DNA of 57,194 nucleotides from a virus (Duplodnaviria > Caudoviricetes), in IMG/VR virus record IMGVR_UViG_3300011116_000623, positions 1 through 57,194 of that record; one strand, 5' to 3'. The notes below the pieces were generated by a model. That model saw nothing but the letters and a program-made list of their open reading frames with translations. It was not told the DNA's origin and ran no database searches. How positions within the stretch are numbered: position 1 is the stretch's first letter; every line of letters begins with the position of its first letter. The translations under genes and the position numbers were made by a program. Shown here one piece after another: positions 28,001-37,800 of the stretch.

Positions 28001-28419
28001 CAACTGCTGTTGTTGGCGTCATTGTTCGTGGTCGTGCCTCCCAAACTGCCAATCTTCAAGAGTGGCAAAATTCTAGCGGCACTATGCTTTCTAAAATTGA
28101 TAAAGATGGAATAATTACTGTACCTGCTATTAATGTAGTAGGACAATCAATATCTTCTAATACCACTATGATTGCAGGCTATAGATATTTTGTTGATACC
28201 TCTGCTTCTAGAACTTTAACACTCCCATCTTCTGCAACAATTGGTGACGAAATTCAAATATTTGATTCAACAAATACAGCTGGAACAAATAATATAACAA
28301 TAAATTCAAATAATGGTAAAATAGAGGGAGTAGTAGAATCTTATATAATTGATGTAAATGGGGCAGCAATAGTAATGACTTATACTGGATCAACATATGG
28401 CTGGAAGGTGAGAATGTGA
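25060..28419 (+). CDS. giant modular fibre/adhesin-like protein 2 (1119 aa)
   Basis: About 7 canonical and 5 degenerate repeats. C-terminal YFVDTS...TLTLP...GD.I.I.D adaptor-type domain. Confidence 0.8.
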   Translation: MSDKNFKVKNGIDSTGPVTITTPNTSTTGLVINVPVGGKAVEFLRNGSYVGAIDDWGGLNTTQGINAAGFWFTRSPGIEAQSFFWAGSSIRSAAGFGGTSTGTNPVIYISSHSTGTNDLTQWLKPDNTIVAKVDYLGNITANDLTLAGNLTVNGTTTNLNSTNLIIEDKNIIIADVATPSDTTADGAGITVKGATDKTFNWVQSTKSFTTSDPLIINNTSTTTVPLIAKGYASQTANHFEVQDSAGNKMFVVNPPAGTLQPLEYFFVRPGGTGGTATIGTNSYSFRVVAANGNSVSFGTPGGGTSLQVFTSDTFNRYKIIGSGTGIAPTFTTDGNDANVNMYVTAKGAGKIGINTTSPTGYVHAVSSSSSTVGLIVEGASGQTSTNIFEVQRAGGGDPSFTVSHNYIDLNRNTTAAASMTVYGANSNQTPLQIKGRASQTADLVSIQQSSGFALARFDANANIVLGNTNVDSNNYLSFIKAGGAVGGNAGIRFGNDADGTNQHTLTVNTSNADLTLEHKNVNSRFIVKGATSQTANLQEWQDSAGNLLSAIRSDGVLRVSQIISKENYSSYFSFSSGSPIQVNPLTSGTVGLVVKAVTSQTANLQEWQNSSGGVDTAVTSTGRLSVRTTLANAGLNVGAPSAATVAAIIRGVASQTADLLQLQNSAGTAIALINASGDFVARNIYASASANYYTAQVNILPDSAAKAGIVIRGVASQTANLQEWQNSSGTVLAKVDSSGSITSNISFAVNNTSGNAIFSVSPYSEVSIPGVIYAGLYATAKLNLLTNNTSMIGAIIRGQTSQTADLQQWQDGAGTVGAYVASDGSFITRGSLIGGSYSGSALFGVQNYSTTQVVAVVKGAASQTANLQEWQNSAGGVLSYITASGALRVNSSFGGTQAAITAGSAATVGVIVRGAASQTADLQQWQDSAGTVLARVYNNGVLSVGSLYAATGDLSVAYGGYFGGGTAGGYIGAAVSVIPWTTAVVGVIVRGRASQTANLQEWQNSSGTMLSKIDKDGIITVPAINVVGQSISSNTTMIAGYRYFVDTSASRTLTLPSSATIGDEIQIFDSTNTAGTNNITINSNNGKIEGVVESYIIDVNGAAIVMTYTGSTYGWKVRM

Positions 28420-30557
28420 GAAAATATTCTGATAGTTTTTTAAATAATACAACTGTCGTATCTCAAAATGTTTCAAATTTAATGGATGATATTAGAGCAG
28501 AAGATATCTTAAAATCAGCTCCGTATTACATAGATGCAAAAAACAGTTTGTCTTCAACTACTTATGCTGAAAATTTGGGAACTGCAAAAGAAATATTTCC
28601 AACATCATTTTATAATAATCCTAAATATTTAGATTGGTCTGGAACAAATTATATTTATTTCCCAGGCGTAGCATCAAATTATTTGTCTGGTCCACCTACT
28701 GATACAGCATTGGTTCCAACTACAGATATTGATTATAGAATAAAAATTGCTTCAACATCATATACCCCTTCGTCAAATCAAGTGCTAATGTACACCTATT
28801 TTGAAAGATTTGCACTTGCTGGAGGCAACGCAACACCATATTTTCAATGGGATAATGGAACAAGTTTTTTTACATCTAATTCTACAGTATCCTTATCTTC
28901 GCTTTTTTCTGCAGGACAAACTATCTGGGTTAGAATGACGTTTGTTGCAAATAATGGCGCAGGCGGAAATGATACAAAGTTTTATTATTCTTTAGATGAT
29001 GCAGCAACTTGGACACAATTAGGTTCAACTGTAACAAAAAGTGGAACCTCCTCATTTAATTCATATCCATCAAGAGGCCTAACTCTTGGAACACAAGATT
29101 TAACTGCTTATATGTATGATGGAAAAATATATAAATCTAAAGCATATGTTAATGGATCATTGATATATGACATTGATACATCCGTAATAAAGTCAGGATC
29201 TGATACAACATTTAAAGCTTTAACTGGTCAAACTATGACAATAAATAGATCTTCAACTCCAGAATTTAGAACTGTTGCAGTAACCCAACCATGTTGGTTA
29301 ACTAATGTTTCAGCATATTCAAGAGTTGCTAATTTATTTATGGAACATACTGGAGTAAATTATTTATATCTTCCAGGATCTAATGGTAATTATGCATCTT
29401 CTCCAGATTCTAATGCATTAGATATTACGGGAGATTTAGATGTAAGAGTTAAGGTTGCTTTAGATGATTGGACTCCAGGTTCTGCAAATTTATTATTAGC
29501 AAAATGGTCTGGTTCTGGAAACTATTCATATTATTTATATATTAATAGTGGCGGAGCCCCTTCTATTCAGTGGTCTCCAAATGGTACTGATGCATCAAAA
29601 AGTGCAACTGGAGCTGCATTAAACTTAAAAGATGGATCAATAAAATGGATACGTTGGGTATTAGATGTAGATAACGCCGCTGGAGGGAATGATAATAAAT
29701 TTTATACTTCTGATGATGGAATAAATTGGACTCAATTAGGATCAACAATTACTCAATCAGGAACAACAAGTATCTATGCTGGAACAGCCCCACTTGAACT
29801 TGGAAGTTATAATGGTGGAAATACAACAATGACTGGAAAACTATATCGTGCACAAGTATTTAATGGGATAGGTGGAACCCTAGCATTTGATGCTAATTTT
29901 GAATCAGGAATAACCAGCGGATTACAAACAACATTTGTAGAATCTTCTTCAAATGCAGCAACTGTTACTATTAATAGAGCTAATACATGGTTTAGATCTT
30001 ATGGAGTAACAAGTCCTGGGTACCTTTACACTGGAGCAACTAATGGATTTATATCTAGTTCAAAAAGTTTTTTTGATGTTCAAAAAGATGAAGGATTTAC
30101 CGCAGTCGTTGTTTGTAGATTATGGTTTCCTCAACCTACATATTCTGGCTCTTTAGGAAAATATGGACCACAATGGGCAGCAGCAGGAAGCGGTTTTATT
30201 ATAAGCAATTGGGCTGTCGATGGCCAAGTTGCATTTACGATATCAGATGGTACTAATTCATATTCAACCTCATCTGTTCAAACATCTACATATTCATCTG
30301 GAGAACTTTCAGTTTTTGGTGGTATTAAAGATAGAAAAAATAATAATATTTACATGACAATAAATGGATTAAATTCTTCTAGTTTAGTATCTACTCCGTT
30401 GCTTGGAGATGTTATAAATGACTCATTATTAGGAATAAATTCATGGAATGGCGGGCATGTACCGATGGAACTATATGCTGCTGCAATATTTAATAGAACT
30501 CTTTCTAATTTAGAATTGAAATCAATATATGATTATTTTACAAGGAGATCATTATAA
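28416..30557 (+). CDS. putative carbohydrate-binding virion protein with an internally duplicated LamG/ConA-like domain
   Basis: Two homologous units (NY.Y.PG...NY.S...D.D.R.K.A...NGAGGND.KFY.S.D...WTQLGST) and a C-terminal ..IFNRTLS. Confidence 0.6.
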   Translation: MRKYSDSFLNNTTVVSQNVSNLMDDIRAEDILKSAPYYIDAKNSLSSTTYAENLGTAKEIFPTSFYNNPKYLDWSGTNYIYFPGVASNYLSGPPTDTALVPTTDIDYRIKIASTSYTPSSNQVLMYTYFERFALAGGNATPYFQWDNGTSFFTSNSTVSLSSLFSAGQTIWVRMTFVANNGAGGNDTKFYYSLDDAATWTQLGSTVTKSGTSSFNSYPSRGLTLGTQDLTAYMYDGKIYKSKAYVNGSLIYDIDTSVIKSGSDTTFKALTGQTMTINRSSTPEFRTVAVTQPCWLTNVSAYSRVANLFMEHTGVNYLYLPGSNGNYASSPDSNALDITGDLDVRVKVALDDWTPGSANLLLAKWSGSGNYSYYLYINSGGAPSIQWSPNGTDASKSATGAALNLKDGSIKWIRWVLDVDNAAGGNDNKFYTSDDGINWTQLGSTITQSGTTSIYAGTAPLELGSYNGGNTTMTGKLYRAQVFNGIGGTLAFDANFESGITSGLQTTFVESSSNAATVTINRANTWFRSYGVTSPGYLYTGATNGFISSSKSFFDVQKDEGFTAVVVCRLWFPQPTYSGSLGKYGPQWAAAGSGFIISNWAVDGQVAFTISDGTNSYSTSSVQTSTYSSGELSVFGGIKDRKNNNIYMTINGLNSSSLVSTPLLGDVINDSLLGINSWNGGHVPMELYAAAIFNRTLSNLELKSIYDYFTRRSL

Positions 30558-30730
30558 TGGAAAGATTAATTTTAACACATAATATTCCTTCAAATACAAT
30601 AATTAATGATGTGGAAATAGGCAATCCAGTAAAATTAATAAAAGGAGTATTTATTTGGCATAAAGATAATTTTCCAAATGCTTTTATTAATGAAGATTTA
30701 ACTCTTGAATATGAGGAGGTTCAACAATAA
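30557..30730 (+). CDS. small hypothetical protein (57 aa, not in track)
   Basis: TAATG-coupled at both ends, with AGGAG SD. Confidence 0.6.
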   Translation: MERLILTHNIPSNTIINDVEIGNPVKLIKGVFIWHKDNFPNAFINEDLTLEYEEVQQ

Positions 30731-33700
30731 TGGCACTATCAGTATCTACCTCACCAGAATTATCAACATTAAAATTTTCTGATCAAGGAACTTTGATTCT
30801 TTCATCTTCTGAAACAAAAAAAGGTAATTCTGCAATAAATAGTTCTGATGTTTTTCAAATTTTTGCAACATATGCATTGAGCACTGTTAGAGTTTCGGTA
30901 GACCCATATGGAGGATTTTGGTCAAGAACATATATTAATGCTTCTCCTGATTGGAGTGGTGGAACTCCATTATATGTGAGTGCAATAAGTGGTCAAACAG
31001 GAGATTTAACAAAATGGCAAAATTCTGCTGGTACAGTGCTTGCAAACGTTGACGCTAATGGAAAAATAGCAGCACCAATATTTCAATCAACCGTTGCGGG
31101 AACCGCTTATATTGTAACTGGTTCTAACAACAACGCTATTAGAGTTCAAACTAATGGAACTACAAATGTTGGTTTAATTATTCGTGGTGAAGCCTCTCAA
31201 ACTGCAAACCTACAGGAGTGGCAGAATAGTGATGGTACGGTACTTTCTAAGATTGATGCTAATGGATTAATTTCTCTGCCTGGAGGTTCTTGGCATTTAA
31301 TGAATGGCCAACAAACTTGGTATAAAAATAGTACTTCTTTTTATCAAAAAGGACCAAGCCATACATTTAGACGACAAAGTGATGATACTGATTTGTTTAC
31401 AATTGGTGGTAATGGAAATACTTCTGTTTTACTTCAATCAGCATCTGCAGTTGGTTTAATAGTAAAATCTGCAGCATCACAAACTGCAGATTTGCAGCAA
31501 TGGCAAAACAGCGCTGGGTCAGTCACAGCAAAAGTTTCATCTTCTGGAGCAATTTCTTCTAGTGCAGGAGGATTTTTTGGCTCAACAGATGCTGCAGCAA
31601 GTGGCGTAAATTATCTTGCAGTAAGAGGGTGGGCCGCAGACCATGTTCCATTCGCTGTAAAAGGATTCACTGCACAAACAGGAGACTTAACAAGATGGAT
31701 AAATGATGCTGGGACGGTGCTTACATCCATATCTTCAGCAGGTAAATTAACCTCTGCCGTTGATGCAAGTATTAATGGAATTACTTTAGGACGAGGCGCA
31801 GGTAATATTTCAACCAACATAGCAAGTGGTGGTGGCGCCCTACTTTCTAACACCACAGGTATTTACAACTCAGCATTTGGTGAGAACGCCCTAGGTCTCA
31901 ACACCACAGGTAGTAACAACACAGCAAGTGGTGTGGCCCTACGCTCTAACACCACAGGTAGTAACAACACAGCAAGTGGTGGTGGCGCCCTATATTCCAA
32001 CACCACAGGTAATGACAACACAGCATTTGGTGTGGACGCCCTACTTTCCAACAACATAGGTAATTACAACACAGCAAGTGGTGAGAGCGCCCTACGCTCT
32101 AACACCACAGGTAGTTACAACACAGCAAGTGGTTTGAGCGCCCTACGCTTGAACACCACAGGTAATAACAACACAGCACTTGGTTTCGGTGCAGGTTACA
32201 GCAATACAACTAGCGGCGCCTCTGTGTTTATAGGCTATCAAGCGGGTTACAATGAAACAGGCTCAAACAAACTTTATATTGCAAACACTGATACCGCCAC
32301 CCCACTTATCGGTGGAGACTTCTCTGCCAAGACTCTAACCTTTGCTGGTAATGCAACTGTAGTTTCGCAGGCGGCAGCAACACAAGGTTTAATCGTCAAA
32401 GGAGCCGCCTCACAAACTGCTGACCTGCAGCAATGGCAAGATGTCTCAGGTTCTACTAGGGTGGCAGTAAGTTCTTATGGAACATTATTTTCATACACAG
32501 AAGCCGTATTCAGTAATCAACTTAATGGAAATGGAACTGCACTTCTTGCTAAAACAAATAATGCTGGTGGAAAGCCTCTAATCGTTAAAGGTGCTGCATC
32601 ACAAACCGCTAATCTAACAGAATGGCAGGATAGTGCTGGTACTGTACTTGTTAAAGTTGCTGCAGATGGTGTAGTTACGGCTGGAAATTTAATTACAAAC
32701 ATTTTTAGCACACAATCATTTGGCACTGGTTCTTTATCTTTTTATGGAATTGCTTACAATGGATTTTCAAACCCTTCTGGTGTGACAACTTTACCTACAT
32801 TAGTAATTAAAGGTATTGCCTCTCAAACAGCCAACCTGCAGGAATGGCAGGATAGTGCTGGTACGGTACTTGCATCCATCTCTTCAGCAGGCAAACTAAC
32901 CTCTGCTGTTGATGCAAGTATTAATGGAGTTACTGTTGGTATGGGGGCTGGTTCAGCCTCAACCAATACAGTTACTGGGCTTAATGCACTTATTTCAAAT
33001 ACTACAGGCACTTATAACACAGCATTTGGAAATCAATCTCTTCAACTTAATACATCTGGAACTCAAAACACTGCTTTTGGACAGGGGGCTTTATATAATA
33101 ACAGAACTGGTTGGTATAATACTGCTTTTGGACAAGGGGCTTTATATAATAATAATACTGCATATAGCAATACCGCAATAGGTGCAAATGCGCTAGTTAA
33201 CAATTCTAGTGGCAGTAATAATATTGCAGTTGGAATTCAAAGTTTATTAGGCAATAATTCTGGAGGTAATAATATAGGATTAGGGTCCGATGCTGGATAT
33301 TCAAATGTAACTGGTTCGTCAAATATATTTATTGGCCATCAAGCAGGATACTACGAAACAGGCTCAAACAAACTTTATATTGCAAATTCTAATACCACCA
33401 CCCCACTTATCGGTGGAGACTTCTCTGCCAAGACTCTAACCTTTGCTGGTAATGCAACTGTAGTTTCGCAGGCGGCAGCAACACAAGGTCTCATCATCAA
33501 AGGTGCCGCCTCCCAAACTGCAGACTTACAGCAATGGCAGGACAGTGCAGGTACGGTATTAGCAAAAATTATGAGCAATGGTTCACTATTTGTTAATTCT
33601 ACTGGAACAGCCAATGACCCAATAACAATCCAGAGAGCATCAGCAACTAGATTTAAAGTTGACCCATATGGTAACGTATTTGCAGTTGCGCTAACTGCTG

Positions 33701-34263
33701 GAAATGTGGTTAATTCAATTGCAGGAACAGCTGCTGGAATATACGCAACTTCAGCATCTACTATTGGCGCAGTTATTCGTGGTGCCGCTTCCCAATCTGC
33801 CAACCTACAAGAATGGCAGAATAGCAGTGGTACTGTTTTATCATCTATTACTAATAATGGATTTTTAAATACTCCAGCAATATTAGAAAATCCAACAATT
33901 TCAGCAACAGCAGCAACTGGAACAATTAATTATGACTTGCTAACAAATAAATCAGTTACATATTATACATCTAATGCTTCCGCTAACTGGACATTAAATA
34001 TTCGTGGAAATTCATCAACCACACTTGATTCATTAATGGCGGTTGGACAATCTTTAACAATAGCATTTTTAGTAACTCAAGGATCTACTGCATATTATCA
34101 ATCTGGATTACAAATTGATGGAACATCTGTTACTCCAAAATGGCAGGGAGGCGTTGCTCCAACATTTGGAAATGCTTCTGGAGTAGATTCTTATTCTATT
34201 ACAATTATGAAAACTGCCAGCGCAACATTTACAGTATTTGAATCTCAAACGAGGTTTGCATAA
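30730..34263 (+). CDS. giant modular fibre/adhesin-like protein 3 (1177 aa)
   Basis: About 9 repeats and two NTTG beta-roll-type blocks. Confidence 0.8.
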   Translation: MALSVSTSPELSTLKFSDQGTLILSSSETKKGNSAINSSDVFQIFATYALSTVRVSVDPYGGFWSRTYINASPDWSGGTPLYVSAISGQTGDLTKWQNSAGTVLANVDANGKIAAPIFQSTVAGTAYIVTGSNNNAIRVQTNGTTNVGLIIRGEASQTANLQEWQNSDGTVLSKIDANGLISLPGGSWHLMNGQQTWYKNSTSFYQKGPSHTFRRQSDDTDLFTIGGNGNTSVLLQSASAVGLIVKSAASQTADLQQWQNSAGSVTAKVSSSGAISSSAGGFFGSTDAAASGVNYLAVRGWAADHVPFAVKGFTAQTGDLTRWINDAGTVLTSISSAGKLTSAVDASINGITLGRGAGNISTNIASGGGALLSNTTGIYNSAFGENALGLNTTGSNNTASGVALRSNTTGSNNTASGGGALYSNTTGNDNTAFGVDALLSNNIGNYNTASGESALRSNTTGSYNTASGLSALRLNTTGNNNTALGFGAGYSNTTSGASVFIGYQAGYNETGSNKLYIANTDTATPLIGGDFSAKTLTFAGNATVVSQAAATQGLIVKGAASQTADLQQWQDVSGSTRVAVSSYGTLFSYTEAVFSNQLNGNGTALLAKTNNAGGKPLIVKGAASQTANLTEWQDSAGTVLVKVAADGVVTAGNLITNIFSTQSFGTGSLSFYGIAYNGFSNPSGVTTLPTLVIKGIASQTANLQEWQDSAGTVLASISSAGKLTSAVDASINGVTVGMGAGSASTNTVTGLNALISNTTGTYNTAFGNQSLQLNTSGTQNTAFGQGALYNNRTGWYNTAFGQGALYNNNTAYSNTAIGANALVNNSSGSNNIAVGIQSLLGNNSGGNNIGLGSDAGYSNVTGSSNIFIGHQAGYYETGSNKLYIANSNTTTPLIGGDFSAKTLTFAGNATVVSQAAATQGLIIKGAASQTADLQQWQDSAGTVLAKIMSNGSLFVNSTGTANDPITIQRASATRFKVDPYGNVFAVALTAGNVVNSIAGTAAGIYATSASTIGAVIRGAASQSANLQEWQNSSGTVLSSITNNGFLNTPAILENPTISATAATGTINYDLLTNKSVTYYTSNASANWTLNIRGNSSTTLDSLMAVGQSLTIAFLVTQGSTAYYQSGLQIDGTSVTPKWQGGVAPTFGNASGVDSYSITIMKTASATFTVFESQTRFA
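31837..32190 (+). repeat. 7 tandem in-frame units of about 51 bp
   Basis: Unit GCCCTA-nnnnnn-AACACCACAGGT-nnTnAC-AACACAGCA-nnT-GGT-nnnnnn. One unit is 48 bp. Confidence 0.9.
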
Positions 34264-34264
34264 A

Positions 34265-34795
34265 ATGCCAGCACTGGCATCATTTGCGGCAGGTTCGGCA
34301 AAAAGTTACGGTCAATTTAAATTTAGACCACTTCCAGCAAGATATTTTATATTACAAGTATTAGATATTAGAAGTCCATCTACTCAAAATATAGTTCAGA
34401 TATCTGAATTTAACTTAATGAATGTTTCTACAAGATTAACGGCATCTACTTATTATAACTGGAATTTATCTTTTACATCTGCCGCTAACTTATCAGATGC
34501 CTCAAATTCTCCAACAAATGAAGAGCCATACAGAGCAAACGATGCAGATGTTAATACAAAATGGTTAGATTTTAGAGGAACGGGCGGAGGATTATGGATT
34601 GATTTAGGTTCTAATCAAGAATCTACTGGTTATCAATGGTATACTGCAAATGATGCCGATTGGAGAGATCCAAAGACATGGAGAGTTTGGGCGAGTCAAG
34701 ATGATAAAACTTGGTTTTTATTAAGTGATATATCTGGATTTACAGCACCATCTGCTAGATATACTTATGCAGGATCCTGGGATTGGATAAAATAA
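34265..34795 (+). CDS. discoidin / galactose-binding-like domain protein
   Basis: DADVNTKW and YQWYTAND...RDPKTWRVWAS. Start MPALAS follows the upstream stop. Confidence 0.6.
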   Translation: MPALASFAAGSAKSYGQFKFRPLPARYFILQVLDIRSPSTQNIVQISEFNLMNVSTRLTASTYYNWNLSFTSAANLSDASNSPTNEEPYRANDADVNTKWLDFRGTGGGLWIDLGSNQESTGYQWYTANDADWRDPKTWRVWASQDDKTWFLLSDISGFTAPSARYTYAGSWDWIK

Positions 34796-34859
34796 TTTAT
34801 TGCCTCAGAACAGTTATTTTGATATACTACAAGTAAATAAATTATAGGATAGGGTAAAT

Positions 34860-37800
34860 ATGACAAGTAGAATCTTATTAAGAAGAGGAACGGCAGCTCA
34901 ATGGGCTTCCGCCAACCCCATTCTTGGATCAGGCGAACTTGGCGTAGAAACAGATACCCTTAAATTTAAAATAGGTAATGGAACTAGTACTTGGACTCAA
35001 CTTACTAGTTATGCAAATATAACACCATCTGATTTAACTTCAGCTATTAATGGTTTAATTAATGCCGCCCCCTCTGCTTTAGACACATTAAATGAATTAG
35101 CGGCGGCAATCAATAATGATTCATCTTTTTCAACTACAGTAAATAATCTTTTAACAGGTAAGGTATCTAAATCTGGTGGAGATACAATTACACCAGCAAC
35201 TACATCAACAACTGGATTGACTCTTGCATCTCCCGTAGGTCAAACAGCACATTTGCTTTATGCAAGTGGTGGTACAAGAATACCTGCTGGTGGCAACTAT
35301 CTTGTTACCCCAGGATTAACAGTTAGTTACACTTCTGATTTTAATGCAGGGGCTGCAAATATAACCCCTATCTATGTAAAAGGTGCCGCCTCCCAAACCG
35401 CTAACCTTCAGGAGTGGCAGAACAGTGCAGGTACTTTAGTTGCAAGTATGGATGTTAGTGGAAAGTTAATAGTACCAACACTTCGTGGACCAGCTGGTAA
35501 TGTAATTACATTAGGTGTTGATGGCAACCCTTACTCACTATCTATTTCTGCTACACAGTTTGATTCTTATGGACCAGTACCCTGGCGCCCATATAACGCA
35601 AGTATGGTTGGGTTTATTGTTAAAGGACAAGCCTCCCAAACTGCAGACCTGCAACAGTGGCAGAACTCTGCTGGCGATACTTTGGGATTTGTAGATTCAG
35701 ATGGAAAGGCGTACTTCTCACATTCTAGCACAAATACTAACTTATTTGGAGTACACGGAAATTTAAGATTAAGAAATAGAAACAATACAACTAATAATTA
35801 CTCTTCAATAGACGCACAGTCGGCTAGTGGAATTATATCTTCAGGTATTTTATTTATAAATTCTGACCATACTAACTCATACGGAAGAATAGTTTTTGGA
35901 ACTCGCTCTGCCGCTGGATTTAATTCCAATGCATTTGCAATAAATTCTAGCGGAGGAATTTCAACTACTTTAATGTCGGCTTCTAGTGTTGGTTTAATTG
36001 TCAAGGCCGCTGCCTCCCAAACTGCCAACCTGCAGGAGTGGCAGAACTCAAGCGGGACAGTATTGGCAAATGTTGATAGTGCTGGAAACTTTAAAGCGGC
36101 AAGTATTGCAACAGCAAGATACATTGCAGATTTAACTAGTACAACTCCATATTTAGACTTTAGTTCTAACAAACTATTAGTCAATTCACGCAATGCTTCT
36201 TATGTGGGCTTTATAGTTCAAGGTTCTGCTTCGCAAACTGCAGACCTTCAAGAGTGGCAAGATAGTGCTGGTACTGCACTAACAAAAATAGATAATAATG
36301 CTGGTTTCTATGCTCAATATATTGAAGCAAAAAATACTGCTGGAGTTTTAGTTAGCGGAGAATCTCAAATTAAAATAGCAAGTCCAGATGGACTAAAAGA
36401 TATTCGTTTTTGGAATAGAAATGATGCTGGTGGTCTATATTATTATAATTCTAGCGGTGGTTCTAAAAATATATTAAGAATTGCTCATTCTACCGATCCT
36501 AGAATTGTCACACAAACCTGGCAAGATTTTACATCTGGTAGTTCAGCAAATTATGGTGGAAGAGTAAATATTGATACATCAATAACTACTGCAATTGGTA
36601 TGGTCATTCGTGGCGTAGCCTCCCAAACCGCAAATTTGCAAGAATGGCAAGACAGTTCAGGAACAATACTTTCTAAAATTGACGTTTCTGGAAACATAAC
36701 AGCTCCTTCATATAATTTATCTGACTCAAAATATTTATTAAGAAAAACAATCAAGAAAACTGTAGATCCAGCTCAAAATGCTGTAGCAAATAATACATAC
36801 GATTTATTTGATATGAACTTTTCTTCATCATTGCAAGGAACATTTTATATTCAAGCAAGTATTAGAGGTGGCGGCTATGGACAAAATTTAACTTATTCTT
36901 TACCTGCAACATATGTAATGGACTGGATAAATCTATATCCAATTACAAATCCATTTACAAACAGCACCACTTGGGTAGATTTAACTCCATTAACATTTTC
37001 TCCAAGACATTTGATGACAAATGATTATTTTAAATTACAGGCGAAAGTTAATGCAAATCAAATATCATTTAGAATTAAATTAACAGGCACATTAACTGGA
37101 GCCCCAGTATTTGATATTTATATTCAACATAGCGAAGAATTTGCTAATTCTACAATTACAGAATTAAATACAACTGGAACAGATTCTACTACATCCAATG
37201 TAATGCCTAACTTTTTATCATCAAAAGCGGGATTATCTGCAATATTTAATCCAATAACTTTATATTCAAATTCTGCATCTAATATACCGTTAACTATAAA
37301 AGGATTTGCTTCTCAATCTGCTAACCTTCAAGAATGGCAAAACAGTAGCGGTACTGTGTTGGCTAAGGTAAATCCTAATGGTGTATTTCATACCTTTGGG
37401 TCTGTTTATACTCCTTATATTCAACCAGCATCACCAACTGGCGTTAATGCATTTATTGCATTAGACAATACAACGGTTCTCGTAGATGGTTGGTCTGCAT
37501 CTACTGTAAAACTCACCGTTAAAGGTTACGCCTCACAAACTGCTAACCTGCAAGAATGGCAGAATAGTGCTGGCACTATATTAGGTGCTATCGTAGCAAA
37601 TGGAGATGTTTTATTTCCTAGTAAACTATTTAACTCAAGATATGGAAGATTCGGTACTGATGGCGCATATACTGACGACACAGTACTAAGAATTACCAAT
37701 ACATCTGCTTCTTTTGTACCATTAATTGTTAAAGGTATTACAAGCCAAACAGCAAATCTTCAACAGTGGCAAGATAGTACTGGGACGGTATTGGCTAAGG

